Positions 14,692 through 25,200 of a stretch of DNA of 28,182 nucleotides are shown here, piece after piece. Under the pieces are notes generated by a model, which was not told the origin of the DNA, did not search any database, and worked only from the letters and a program-made list of their open reading frames with translations. Both the position numbers and the translations under genes were made by a program. How positions within the stretch are numbered: position 1 is the first letter of the stretch; each line of letters opens with the position of its first letter. Origin of the DNA: a virus (Duplodnaviria; Caudoviricetes); IMG/VR virus record IMGVR_UViG_3300011335_000398, positions 1 through 28,182 of that record. One strand, written 5' to 3'.

Positions 14692-15348
14692 ATGCGCCTA
14701 AGCCACTCATACTCGTCGATCAAGCTGTTCGAGAATTGCCCGTTGCGGTACTACCGCCAACGGATCAAGAAGGAAGTCGTTGACGAGGGCGGCGAAGCGT
14801 CCAAGCACGGGGAACGTATTCATGCGTTCCTTGAAAACCGACTAAAAGGGTCGGGATTGAACTCAGAGGTGGCGCAGTACGAACCCCTGTGTGCATCGGT
14901 GGAGAAGCTGGCAAGGCAGGGCACCCTACACATCGAGCACGAACTGGTGCTCAACGAAAACCTTACACCAACAGGTTGGTGGGATGCTGACGCATGGCTG
15001 CGCAGCAAACTTGACGTACTCGTAATCATCGGCAACGATGCTGTGGTCATGGACTGGAAGACAGGCAAGCGCAACGCTGACCAGTTCCAGATGCAGATGT
15101 TTGCAGCGCAGGTGTTCAAGCACTTCCCGGATGTGCAGCGGGTGAAGACCTCACTCGTGTGGCTCAAGACAATGGAGATGGACACCGAGCAGTACACCCG
15201 TGTGAATATGAACGCGATCTGGGCTGAGATTATGAAGCGCATCCAGCGCATCCATGACGCCTACGACCATGCCAACTGGCCCGCCCGCCCCTCTGGGCTG
15301 TGCCGGTTCTGCCCGTGCCGTCACGACTGTGACTATGCTAGGGTTTAA
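14692..15348 (+). CDS. Cas4/RecB-like PD-(D/E)XK exonuclease
   Basis: SYSSIKLFENCP, GERIH, KLD, DWKTG, Q..MF, C-terminal CRFCPCRHDC (Fe-S staple pattern); start could be slightly upstream. Confidence 0.9.
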   Translation: MRLSHSYSSIKLFENCPLRYYRQRIKKEVVDEGGEASKHGERIHAFLENRLKGSGLNSEVAQYEPLCASVEKLARQGTLHIEHELVLNENLTPTGWWDADAWLRSKLDVLVIIGNDAVVMDWKTGKRNADQFQMQMFAAQVFKHFPDVQRVKTSLVWLKTMEMDTEQYTRVNMNAIWAEIMKRIQRIHDAYDHANWPARPSGLCRFCPCRHDCDYARV

Positions 15349-15364
15349 CCTTACAAAATAAAAC

Positions 15365-15392
15365 TTGACAGCCGTGTAAAGAGGTATAGAAT
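15365..15392 (+). promoter_or_regulatory. Promoter/operator-like element before VRR-NUC
   Basis: A-rich tract then TTGACA-N16-TAGAAT; the -10 overlaps the ATG so its use is unclear. Confidence 0.35.
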
Positions 15393-15696
15393 GAGCGCAC
15401 TGACACCAGAAAGCAAGGTTAAACGTAAGGTCGTTGAGGTACTGAAGAAGCATGAGGTGTGGTACTTCTTCCCTGCCAACAATGGGTTCGGTAAGTCAGG
15501 CATACCCGACATCATTGCCATTGTTGACGGACATTTTGTTGGGATCGAAGTGAAGTCGGCAACGGGAAAGCCGACAGAGTTGCAGAAGATTTGCGGTAAG
15601 CAGATAGAGGAAGCAGGGGGCACGTGGTTGGTGGTATCGAACGACGTAACTCTTGAAGTGTTGGACGCAGTAATAGAAAACAGAAAAGACAGGTGA
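15391..15696 (+). CDS. VRR-NUC domain nuclease (Holliday junction resolvase-like)
   Basis: TPESKVK, GIPDII, GIEVK, PTELQ...I...GG. Confidence 0.92.
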   Translation: MSALTPESKVKRKVVEVLKKHEVWYFFPANNGFGKSGIPDIIAIVDGHFVGIEVKSATGKPTELQKICGKQIEEAGGTWLVVSNDVTLEVLDAVIENRKDR

Positions 15697-15700
15697 TGAC

Positions 15701-17266
15701 ATGCTCGTAGTCGAGAAGGCCAAGGCTCTGGCTCTCAAGTTGAACAACCCGAACCGGGTGCTGGACGCAATCGCCACGGCCAAGGCTATGGATGTGCGTG
15801 GTACCCAGATCGTGATCGCGCCGCATCGTCTGGATGAGGTCAAGGTTCTGCGCAACCTCGGCATCAAGGCACCCAGCCCCATCCTGCACTACTACAACTG
15901 GCCGGGGCAGTTCACCCCGTTCGACCACCAGCGCGAGACTGCTGCGTTCCTGACGCTCAACCACCGCTGCTTGGTACTCAACGAGATTGGCACTGGCAAA
16001 ACCCAGAGCGCGTTGTGGGCAGCGGACTACCTTATCAAGACCAAGAAGGTCAAGAAGGTGCTGATCTTGTCACCGCTCAGTACGTTGGAGCGCGTGTGGG
16101 GTGACGGCATCTTTACCGGGTTGGTTCATCGCCGCTTCGTGGTGCTGCATGGCACCGCTGAGAAACGCATGAAGTTGCTGCGCACCGAGGCTGACTTCTA
16201 CATCATCAACCACGACGGGTTCAACATCATCAAGGAGGAGTGCCACGGTATCTTCGATCTGGTGATCGTGGACGAGGCGGCAGTGCTGCGCAACCCATCG
16301 ACACAGCGGTTCAAGATTTTCCGCCGCTGGATTGACAACAATCCACAAGCACGTTTGTGGTTGATGACCGGCACACCGACGCCTAACGACCCGACTGATG
16401 CGTGGGCGCTTGCCAAGCTGGTGGGTTCACCCTACTGCACCAAGACGTTCACGGCGTTCCGTGAGCAGGTGATGATGAAGATCGGCCAATGGAAGTTCGT
16501 GCCCCGGCCCGAGTCAGTGGACATCGTGAAGCACATCCTGCAACCTGCTGTGCGTTACACACGTGACGAGTGCTTTGACTTGCCGGAGACGATCATCCAG
16601 ACCCGGCAGGTGGAACTGACTGCTGACCAGAAGAAGCACTACACGCAGATGCTGCGCCACTTCGTCACTGAGATGGCAGCGGAGCGTGTGACGGGTGGAA
16701 CCATCACGGCAGTCAACGAGGCAGTGAAGATTCAGAAGCTGGTGCAGATCGCTTGCGGCGTGGCGTATGGCGATGACGGGCAGAACATCCTGCTCGACTG
16801 TTCCCCACGGATCAACTTGGTAAAGGAGGTAATTGAGGAAGCTGGCGAGAAGGTGATCCTGTTCGTACCACTGACAGGAACCCTGCACATGCTGGAGAAA
16901 GAACTGAGCAAGCACTGGACGGTGGGCGTGGTCAACGGTGAGGTTTCCGCTGCGAAGCGCAACAAGATATTTGACGACTTCCAAAAGCAGAGCGACCCTC
17001 GGGTACTGATTGCCCACCCCGGCACGATGGCGCATGGTCTGACACTGACCTCTGCATCAACCATCATCTGGTACGGGCCGATCAACAGCAATGAGATTTA
17101 CGTGCAGGCGAATGGTCGCATCGAGCGTATTGGCAAGCGCAACGTGTCCAACGTGATCCACATCGAGGCCACTGACCTTGAGCACAAGATGTACGAGCGA
17201 CTGAAGAACAAGCAGAAGTTGCAAGGCTTACTGCTGGACTTGATCCAACAACAAACACAAAGGTGA
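15701..17266 (+). CDS. SNF2-like superfamily 2 helicase
   Basis: Q motif PFDHQ, GTGKT, VDEA, MTGTP, HGLTL, QANGRIERIG. Confidence 0.93.
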   Translation: MLVVEKAKALALKLNNPNRVLDAIATAKAMDVRGTQIVIAPHRLDEVKVLRNLGIKAPSPILHYYNWPGQFTPFDHQRETAAFLTLNHRCLVLNEIGTGKTQSALWAADYLIKTKKVKKVLILSPLSTLERVWGDGIFTGLVHRRFVVLHGTAEKRMKLLRTEADFYIINHDGFNIIKEECHGIFDLVIVDEAAVLRNPSTQRFKIFRRWIDNNPQARLWLMTGTPTPNDPTDAWALAKLVGSPYCTKTFTAFREQVMMKIGQWKFVPRPESVDIVKHILQPAVRYTRDECFDLPETIIQTRQVELTADQKKHYTQMLRHFVTEMAAERVTGGTITAVNEAVKIQKLVQIACGVAYGDDGQNILLDCSPRINLVKEVIEEAGEKVILFVPLTGTLHMLEKELSKHWTVGVVNGEVSAAKRNKIFDDFQKQSDPRVLIAHPGTMAHGLTLTSASTIIWYGPINSNEIYVQANGRIERIGKRNVSNVIHIEATDLEHKMYERLKNKQKLQGLLLDLIQQQTQR

Positions 17267-17270
17267 TGAC

Positions 17271-17717
17271 ATGAGCGACAACGAAGTAGCATCGGACGCA
17301 CGACTCCGTATAAACGTGCCCAACGTAGGTGACGTGATCCGTACCTACATGAAACTGCGTGACCAGAAGGTCGTTATTGAGGCGCGGGTCAAGGACGAGG
17401 TGTCCACGATCAAGGCCAAGCTGGACAAGCTCGAAGCGTTTCTCAAGACGCAGATGGACGCGCAGGGCTTGACCAGTTTCAAGTCGGACTACGGCACGGC
17501 CTTCCTGACCACCACGGACTACGCGAACGTGGGCGACTGGGACGCAGTGCTGACATTCATCCGCGACAACGATGCCTACGACATGCTGGAGAAGCGTGTG
17601 AGCAAGATCGCTGTGCGTGGGTACATCGAGACAAACAAAGCAGTTCCCCCCGGCATTACATACGGCACCAAGCTGGAGGTGAACATTCGCAAACCCGGTG
17701 CCAAGGCAGAGGACTGA
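17271..17717 (+). CDS. Conserved phage replication-module protein (coiled-coil N-terminus)
   Basis: SD AGGTGA; motifs YGT, VGDWD, LEKRVS, PPGI. Confidence 0.8.
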   Translation: MSDNEVASDARLRINVPNVGDVIRTYMKLRDQKVVIEARVKDEVSTIKAKLDKLEAFLKTQMDAQGLTSFKSDYGTAFLTTTDYANVGDWDAVLTFIRDNDAYDMLEKRVSKIAVRGYIETNKAVPPGITYGTKLEVNIRKPGAKAED

Positions 17718-17718
17718 C

Positions 17719-18111
17719 ATGATCAAAGCGTTCAAACGATGGCTGGCGAAAGCCGCCTATGAAGGACTGTCCGAACAGAAGGTCAGAGAAGATTCCATGC
17801 GCACAAGCAGCAGCCTCGGCAACATGATGGCTGATTCTGGTGCTGCCCTCGTGGCGTTCCAGATTAACAATGGATTCGTGGTGCGAACCATGAACCGCCA
17901 CGACGACATCGTGGGAAGCCGCGCTAATGGCTTCACATATTGCGCTGACCACCAAGCCATTGCAGATCACATCGTGACTGTGGCGATGGTGCAGAAGCTC
18001 GGTGTGCAACAGGAGATGTTTCCCGAGCAGCAGCGCAAGCAAGTGAACATTGTCCCTAGATCAAAAACCGCTGGCCTTGTCGGTGCCCAACAAGCCAATC
18101 CATCTTACTAA
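17719..18111 (+). CDS. Hypothetical protein (130 aa)
   Basis: SD GAGGA, TGAcATG junction. Confidence 0.75.
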   Translation: MIKAFKRWLAKAAYEGLSEQKVREDSMRTSSSLGNMMADSGAALVAFQINNGFVVRTMNRHDDIVGSRANGFTYCADHQAIADHIVTVAMVQKLGVQQEMFPEQQRKQVNIVPRSKTAGLVGAQQANPSY

Positions 18112-18127
18112 CCCAAGGAGCCTCAAA

Positions 18128-19108
18128 GTGAGCAACATCGTACCCGTGAACATCCAAGTCCCAGCCCACCTCGCAAGTCGCGTTGGTGTCCCCTCAGTCC
18201 TCGGCGCTGCCCTGACTGGTGGCCTGTCGTCTGGTCAGTCCTTCCCCAAGATTTCCATCAAGGCCAGCCGCTTCCGCATCAAGGAAGGCGACACTGAAAC
18301 CGTGCTGGAGTCCACCGCCCTCGACGTAGTGATCGTCGGTGCCAACCCCCGCCTGTCCAAGACTTGGTACGCCAAGGCATGGGACAAGGACGCAGAGCCT
18401 GCTGCACCCGACTGCTACTCACTCGATGGTGTCTCGCCTGACCCAGAAGCTGAGGATGCACAGAACGATCTGTGCGCAAGCTGCCCGCACAATGCGTGGG
18501 GTTCCAAGGTGACACCCACCGGACAACAAGTTAAGGCGTGTTCGGACAACAAGCGTCTGGCCGTCGTCTCGGCTGATGATCCATCCGGCCCGGTCTACCT
18601 GCTGTCGGTCACACCCGCTGCGCTCAAGGGTCTGAACCAGTACCAGAAGGAACTGTCCGTCCGTGGCATCCCGCCTGAGATTGTCAAGACTCGTGTATCC
18701 TTCGACACTGATGCGTCGTTTCCGAAACTGAAGTTCACCTTCGGCGGGTTCCTCGATGCCGACATGCAAGAAGTTGTTGACGGTCTGTTCGGTTCCGAGC
18801 AGGTCAAAGAGATCACAGGGGAAACCCTTAGAACGCCAGTGGCTGTGCCCCAGATTGCACGTGCCGCTGCACCAGTTGCGCCGAAGCCCGCTGTCAAAGC
18901 AGCACCACCCGTTGAGGAACCTGCACCTGCCCCTGCACCAACACAGGCTGCTGCACCTAAGCGTGGTTTCGGCGCATCCAAACCGGCTGCTGCACCTGCT
19001 GCTAAGGCTGCTGCCAAGCCCGCTGCTGCCCCTGCTTCGGACGCTGCATCCTCACTGGCCGACGAGATCGCTGCTCTCGTTGGGGAGGTGAACGCAGATG
19101 ACGCCTAA
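18128..19108 (+). CDS. Probable ssDNA-binding/annealing protein (326 aa)
   Basis: SD AAGGAG + GTG; beta-rich core with CYS..CASCP..AC, Ala/Pro/Lys linker and acidic tail; replication context. Function inferred. Confidence 0.55.
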   Translation: MSNIVPVNIQVPAHLASRVGVPSVLGAALTGGLSSGQSFPKISIKASRFRIKEGDTETVLESTALDVVIVGANPRLSKTWYAKAWDKDAEPAAPDCYSLDGVSPDPEAEDAQNDLCASCPHNAWGSKVTPTGQQVKACSDNKRLAVVSADDPSGPVYLLSVTPAALKGLNQYQKELSVRGIPPEIVKTRVSFDTDASFPKLKFTFGGFLDADMQEVVDGLFGSEQVKEITGETLRTPVAVPQIARAAAPVAPKPAVKAAPPVEEPAPAPAPTQAAAPKRGFGASKPAAAPAAKAAAKPAAAPASDAASSLADEIAALVGEVNADDA

Positions 19109-19385
19109 GCCGCCTCTTGACTTTTCCAAAGTCGAGGCGTTGCGCAAGCATATGCTCCTGACAACCTTGGACATGTCCGAGTTGTTGGGAGTGTCCCGGA
19201 TGACTTATTATGGATGGGTGAAGGGAAAACCCCTTCGCAAATCCAATGATGAGTCTGTCCGAGCAATGCTGCGCAAGCTGTTGGATGTGATGACGCAACA
19301 CAACTGGCCCACCCCGGAAGTGATTGCATCGGATCAGAAGCAGCGCAAAGAGCGCCTCATGGTTATTTTGAACTCAGATCAATAA
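19098..19385 (+). CDS. XRE-family helix-turn-helix protein
   Basis: LRKHMLLTTLDMSELLGVSRMTYYGWVKG; SD GGAGGTG. Confidence 0.85.
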   Translation: MTPKPPLDFSKVEALRKHMLLTTLDMSELLGVSRMTYYGWVKGKPLRKSNDESVRAMLRKLLDVMTQHNWPTPEVIASDQKQRKERLMVILNSDQ

Positions 19386-19390
19386 GGTGG

Positions 19391-19415
19391 CGGGGAGGGG
19401 CAACCCTCCCTGTTT
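19391..19415 (+). terminator. GCAA-tetraloop hairpin, possible weak terminator
   Basis: GGGAGGG-GCAA-CCCTCCC followed by TGTTT. Confidence 0.45.
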
Positions 19416-19428
19416 AGGCAGGGGCAAT

Positions 19429-22278
19429 ATGGACACGTTGAATTTTCTTCAGCGGGTTCTACCGTCGGCAGGTTTCTATGTCACCACAGTCATCAACCCA
19501 GATGGCAGACGCCAAGGATTCTTTGCCACAGTAGAAGAACTCGCAAAAGCAGTGACTGGTCTTGACCAGCGCGGCAACAACACATACTTCGCCATCTCGG
19601 CATTCGTCGAGAAGGGGAATAGAAAACAGGAGAACGTCCGGGCGACCAAGGTGATCGCACTGGATGTCGATTGTGGAGACAGCAAGCCTTACCCCACGTG
19701 GAAAGAAGGACTGGCTGCAACAGGTCGGTTCATCCAGCAGATGGGGCTACCCAAGCCGCTGATCATCCACTCGGGCAACGGGCTGCACGTTTACTGGGTG
19801 CTGACTGAGGAGCTTGAACCTGTGCGGTGGAAGCCGCTGGCCGAGGCCATGAAGGCTGCTGCCAAGGACAAGGGCTTTGAGATTGACCCGGCTGTGCCCG
19901 CCGACTCGGCGCGGGTGCTGCGCCCCGTAGGAACCACCAACCCCAAGAGCGGCACTCAGGTGCGGATGCTCGTTGACGCCCAGCCCGTGGCAGTCGAGCA
20001 GTTGGCTGCTTGCCTATCGGCGTACATGGTGGCTCATCCTGTGAGCCAGTCACGTTCAACATCCAGCAGTCCGTTGGCACAAGCGTTGCAGGTGCAGCAG
20101 GACTTCCCTCCGGCCAACGCAACCGTGATCGCCACCAAGTGCCCGCAGATTGGCTGGGCGGCAAAGAACCAAGGCGATGTAGAGGAACCTTTCTGGTACG
20201 CCATGATCGGTGTAGCTGCACACTGCCAAGACCCAGAGGCCACAGCCATATCGTGGTCAGATCAGCACCCCGGATACAACGCCAGCGAGACGCTGCGCAA
20301 GCTATCACATTGGAAAACGGCAACGACAGGCCCGTCAACCTGCAAGAAGTTTGAGGAGCTTCGGCCTACTGGCTGCAAGGGTTGCAAGTTCAAAGACAAG
20401 GTGGGCACCCCGGCCCGACTCGGTATCCAATACCTCGAAGTCGCGCCATCAACCACCGCCCCTGACACCGCAGCACATGATGTCCCACTGCCCCGCCCAT
20501 TCAAGCGCACTGCTGACGGTATCAAGATGACCGTGGACGAGACAGACATCGACGTGTGCAAGTTCGACATCTACCCCGTGGGCTACGGCAGGGACGAGTC
20601 GCTTGGCTACGAGACGGTGCGCTTCCACTGGAACCGTCCGCACCGTGGGTGGCAAGAACTTGTGATGCGCCAAGCCCTGCTGACCGAGGGCCACCGCGAT
20701 TTCGCCACGGTGCTTGCTGACCAAGGCATCGTTCTCCTCAACCGTAACCAAACAGGATATTTCCAAATCATGCTGCGCTCATATATGGACGAGTTGCGGC
20801 AGAAACGTGCGATGACAAACCTGTACGCCACGATGGGTTGGAAGGAAAACTTTTCCCAGTTTGTCATCGGGGACACGGTTCTGCGTCGCAATACTGATGG
20901 CTCCGTCAGTGAAGAATCAATCACGCTGGCCTCCGGCTCTGCTCGGTTGGGCCATGAACTCTGGCATACCGCTGGGTCGATGGACGCATGGGTGAACTTC
21001 ACCGCGCTGCTCGACAAGGCCGACCTCCGGGCGCACATGTTCGCGCTGGCCGTGGGTTTCTCTGGCCCGCTGTATGCGTTCACTGGCCTCAAGGGTTTGA
21101 CCGTCTCGCTTTACGGCCCGACAGGTGGCGGCAAGTCACTGGCCCAGATGTGGATTCAGTCCATCTATGGCAACCCGGACAAGCTGCACTTCGCTGCCAA
21201 GTTCACGCAGAACTCGCTGTTCGGTCGCATGGGTCTGTACTCCCACATGCCGATGACCATCGACGAAGTGACCATGATGGACAACAAGGAGGTGGGCGAC
21301 TTCGCGTACTGGGTGAGTCAGGGTCGGGACAAGGCCCGCATGAACCGCAACGCTGAAGAACGTGACGCCAAGACGTGGGCGTTGCCAGTCATCGTATCCA
21401 CCAACAAGTCTATGAATTCCAAGCTGATCGCCAGCGGGCTGGACACCGATGCGCAGTTGGCCCGTATCCTCGAAGTCAGCGTACCACCAAGCAGGCTGTT
21501 CACCAAGGACAGCACGGCTGGCCGCAAAATCTACGAGTTCATCAACGCCAACTACGGTCACGTCGGTCGTGAGTTCATCAAGCGGCTGCTGGAGTTGGGC
21601 GAGACAGGCATCCGCGCTGCCATTGCGCAGGCCACCGAGGACTTCCGGGGTAAGTACAAGGCACAGTTCTCTGGTGAGGAACGCTTCTGGGAGCAGTCCA
21701 TCATCCTTGCTGATCTGGCTGCACGGCTGGCGAAAGAGTGGGGCTTGATCGCCTATGACCACAAGGATGGGATCGAGTGGGTGCTGGCGCAGGTGGGTGC
21801 CATTCGCCGTGCTGTATCCGATTTCAAGATTGATGCGTTCGACCTGCTGACCGAGTACCTCAACGAGAACTCTGACGCCACGCTGACTGTTACCCAGACG
21901 GGAACCAACAAGCCGATGGTGGACTTCAGCCGTGTGCCCCGTGGTGAACTGCGGGTGCGCTTCGAGATGTACCGCAAGACAAATGGCGACGTGTTCACAC
22001 ATGGCACTGTGATGCTTGACCGCACCCACTTCCGTCGCTGGCTGGCGCAGCGCGGCGCAGACTACAAGACGTTCATGGGTGAGATGCAGGACGAGAGTGT
22101 GCTCGCCTCGCCGAAGTCCAACAAGGCGTACCTCGGCAAAGACTCACCGATCAAACTGGGCCAGTCCTATGTGATCGGCGTGAACCTCACGCACCCACGG
22201 TTGCAGGGTATCCTGAGCGACGCAGACCAAGCCATCGAAGACATGGCCTACGGTCAACTCAAGATGATCACTCCGTAA
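19429..22278 (+). CDS. Primase-helicase fusion (AEP/RepB-like primase, Cys cluster, DUF927-type helicase), 949 aa
   Basis: LDVD and HSGNGLHVYW primase motifs, RVLRP.GT.N.K, C..CKGC, Walker A GPTGGGKS, Walker B TIDE. Confidence 0.9.
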   Translation: MDTLNFLQRVLPSAGFYVTTVINPDGRRQGFFATVEELAKAVTGLDQRGNNTYFAISAFVEKGNRKQENVRATKVIALDVDCGDSKPYPTWKEGLAATGRFIQQMGLPKPLIIHSGNGLHVYWVLTEELEPVRWKPLAEAMKAAAKDKGFEIDPAVPADSARVLRPVGTTNPKSGTQVRMLVDAQPVAVEQLAACLSAYMVAHPVSQSRSTSSSPLAQALQVQQDFPPANATVIATKCPQIGWAAKNQGDVEEPFWYAMIGVAAHCQDPEATAISWSDQHPGYNASETLRKLSHWKTATTGPSTCKKFEELRPTGCKGCKFKDKVGTPARLGIQYLEVAPSTTAPDTAAHDVPLPRPFKRTADGIKMTVDETDIDVCKFDIYPVGYGRDESLGYETVRFHWNRPHRGWQELVMRQALLTEGHRDFATVLADQGIVLLNRNQTGYFQIMLRSYMDELRQKRAMTNLYATMGWKENFSQFVIGDTVLRRNTDGSVSEESITLASGSARLGHELWHTAGSMDAWVNFTALLDKADLRAHMFALAVGFSGPLYAFTGLKGLTVSLYGPTGGGKSLAQMWIQSIYGNPDKLHFAAKFTQNSLFGRMGLYSHMPMTIDEVTMMDNKEVGDFAYWVSQGRDKARMNRNAEERDAKTWALPVIVSTNKSMNSKLIASGLDTDAQLARILEVSVPPSRLFTKDSTAGRKIYEFINANYGHVGREFIKRLLELGETGIRAAIAQATEDFRGKYKAQFSGEERFWEQSIILADLAARLAKEWGLIAYDHKDGIEWVLAQVGAIRRAVSDFKIDAFDLLTEYLNENSDATLTVTQTGTNKPMVDFSRVPRGELRVRFEMYRKTNGDVFTHGTVMLDRTHFRRWLAQRGADYKTFMGEMQDESVLASPKSNKAYLGKDSPIKLGQSYVIGVNLTHPRLQGILSDADQAIEDMAYGQLKMITP

Positions 22279-25200
22279 CGCCGTACAGTTCGAGGATACG
22301 CTCAGTCTCAGGCCGCATCGCTCTTGGTGCGGCCTTCAGGTACCGCTCTGTTGCTGTGCGTTGTGCTTCCCGCAGCGCACGGTTGGCTGAACCCTCGAAG
22401 CTGCGAATCTCAAGGCCAGTACCCTTGGCCGCATCGTTCCAGTCCTTGACCATCTGCACCACTTCGCGGGCACGGTCGTTGTCCTTGGCGATCTTGGCAC
22501 CGACATACAAGCCACGATACGTTGCAGCAACATCCTTCTGATAGTCTCCGATCCGCTTGGACATCCGCACCACGTCGTTCTCTGCCACAGCGGAGGCTGG
22601 GTAGAAGCCCAGCGCACGGGTGAGCATGGTGCCCAGATGTAGATCGTCGCTGACCACGAAGCCCTTCTGACTGATGATGGCACCTGCATTGTTGTAGGCC
22701 ACCATGTCTCCCAGCGCACGGAGCATGGCAACCGGCGATTCGCGCAGTATCTTGTTGAATGAGGTCTTGTCGTCCAGAACTCTGACAGTCTCCAGTCCGT
22801 AGCGGGCCACGTCTGCTGACATTGCTACAGCACCTTGCAGGAAGGATGCCACTGGCCCTGCGATCTCGATCAGTTCACGACCCACGTTTGCACCAGCCAG
22901 TGCGATGCCAGTGCCGGGGATGATGTTGGACAGCGATACCCGGTCGGCCACGTTGGCAGGCGTGATGGTGTTGAGCAGGCCGCGCATCAGGATAGGTGTC
23001 ATGCCGGGAGCGATAGCGTCCACAGCTTCGGCCAGCGTCTTCTCGGCGCTGCCCTTCCAGATTTTGCTCGGGCCAAGTCCAAGTGCTTGCGCAATGGTGT
23101 CGATGATGTCCATCAAGTCTTCGGCGAAGGGCAGGCCCTTCAGACCGGCGAACATGGCGAGGATGCCCAGCGCCAGCAGTTGCTCTTTGCGAGGCAGCGC
23201 GGCTAGCATTTGGATGCTGTTGACCGGGAACATCTTGAACATGAACAGGAACTGGCGCACGTCGCCACGGAACATGGCGGGCCGGTTGTACATGGCGTAC
23301 TCGCCCAGCGTGTTGTCGATCATGTCCACAGCGAACTTGTCGGCCACCTCGAAAGCTGTTGCTGCGTCTTTGCCTTCGGCCAGAGCGCGTGCATAGGACA
23401 TGCGGAACGCAGCCAAACCTGTTGCACGGCGGCTGTGCTGCTCGGTGTAGTTAAACAGCGACATCCATGTCTCAGCCGCAGCCTTCGTGGCACCGGTGCG
23501 GAACTTGCCCCGCGCAGAACCCAGCAACGAGTTGGTCAATGCCGCCTGCATGGTGCCGCCGCCGACCTCCTTTTGCATGAACCGGGCCTCAGCTTCGGTG
23601 AACCCGGAGGCAGCGAGCTTGGCGGGATCGGCCAGCATGTCGTCCCAGAACTTCACCTCGCTCTGCCCGAAGCCCTTTGTGGAGCCGATGGCGCGGCTAA
23701 TTTCTACCGATGACATACCCCAGCCGAAGCCGCCACCGAAGGCGTTCTTCTGGTTGTACCCGGAGAACGAGGGCAGCACATTGGTTGCCAGCGACAGGTA
23801 GTTCAAGATGGCCGTGGCAAACGACGCGCCCATGAACGCAAAAGTTGTTGCAGTGCGGATGGCTGACGCTGCTTCGCCGGAAGCAAAGTCGGTGTAGTCC
23901 ACGTTGGACTGGGATTCCATGAAGGCCACAGCGCGACGACCACGATCCTTGAATCGGTTGCCCATGACTGGCGATTCTTTGGTCACGAACGTGTAGTGGT
24001 AGTCATCGAACTCCCGCTTGGCCGCAAACTTCTGAGCCTCGGGTGCAGTCGGGTCTTTCTCAGCAGCTTCCCACGCAGCCTTGCGGCGGTCGTACTCTCC
24101 CTTGTCACCGAACCACAAGCGGATGGAGTCTGGGTCGGCGTCGTCAAACAAGCGGTCGAGACGGTGGCGGTTCTGCTTGCGTGCCACAGTTGATGCGGTT
24201 GACTCAAGATGTTGCGACACGTACTTGATGGTGTTCGGGTCTTCACCGGGAGTGCCTGCCCGCTTCAGGCGGGTACGCGCCTTGGCGTTTTGCTGGGTCA
24301 TGCCCACGATCAGACGCTCACGCTCCTCTGGTGTGATGCTGATGGAGAAGCGAGTGATCGCGGAGATGATCTCGTTGAGGTTGGCCTCTGCCGTGGTGGA
24401 GACTGTTTCACGGGATGTCTCAGACTGTGCAACAAGTTTGACTTTCTTGATCACGAACTCGGTGCCGTCCAGCACTTCCATCTCGAAGCCGTCTCTCACG
24501 TCGTCAAACAGCCCTTGGATGCGCTCGGCCATCGCCTCAGCCTCAGCGCGGTTCTCCACTTGCGAGAACAGAAGTTGCTGGCGGTACTGCTCCGACACCT
24601 TGTAGATGCGCCCGGTGCGGGGATCAACAGCTTGGATGCGCACCTGCCACGAACCCTCACGACCGAACGGCACGTAGCCACCAGCGATGGATCGCTTGGC
24701 AAGCAGTTCAGCATCGGTCTTGCTCAACTCAAACAGAGCCAAGTTCTGGATGGCTTGCTGGATGGCGAAGCGGTCAGGGCCGGAGCGCGGGATGTTGGAG
24801 TCTTTCTTCAGCGCCTCGATACCGCCGAACACGTCGTCGGCCTGCGCTTTCTCGAAGAACGCCTGCACGTCTGCATTGCGGTCGGTGTCGCGGCCCAGTA
24901 CAGCGGCATTGAACTTCTTGATGAAGTCGTTGGCAGCGGCCACGGACTCGCGCTTGGTCATCATCACGCCACTGGCGTCAATGCTGGAGCCTTCGGCGCG
25001 GAGCGATAGGTACTTGTCTTCGACGGTCTTGAGGAACGATCTGTCGTTCTCAGTCAGGGCACGGTCGAGGAACCGCTGCACAACACGCTCTACGTTGTCG
25101 CGCTCACCCTTGGCCGCAGCGAAGTTTGCCAACAGCATGTCGGTGGCCGACTTGTTCATGGTGTCGCGCACCTCGTTGTACATGACCCACTCAGGACTCT

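Noticed and set aside
14692-15348. Cas4-like gene as sign of CRISPR-Cas
   Set aside because: No array or other cas genes; stand-alone Cas4-like exonucleases are routine in phage replication modules.
18855-19050. GCTGCACC-like repeats
   Set aside because: Explained by the Ala/Pro linker codons of the SSB-like protein.
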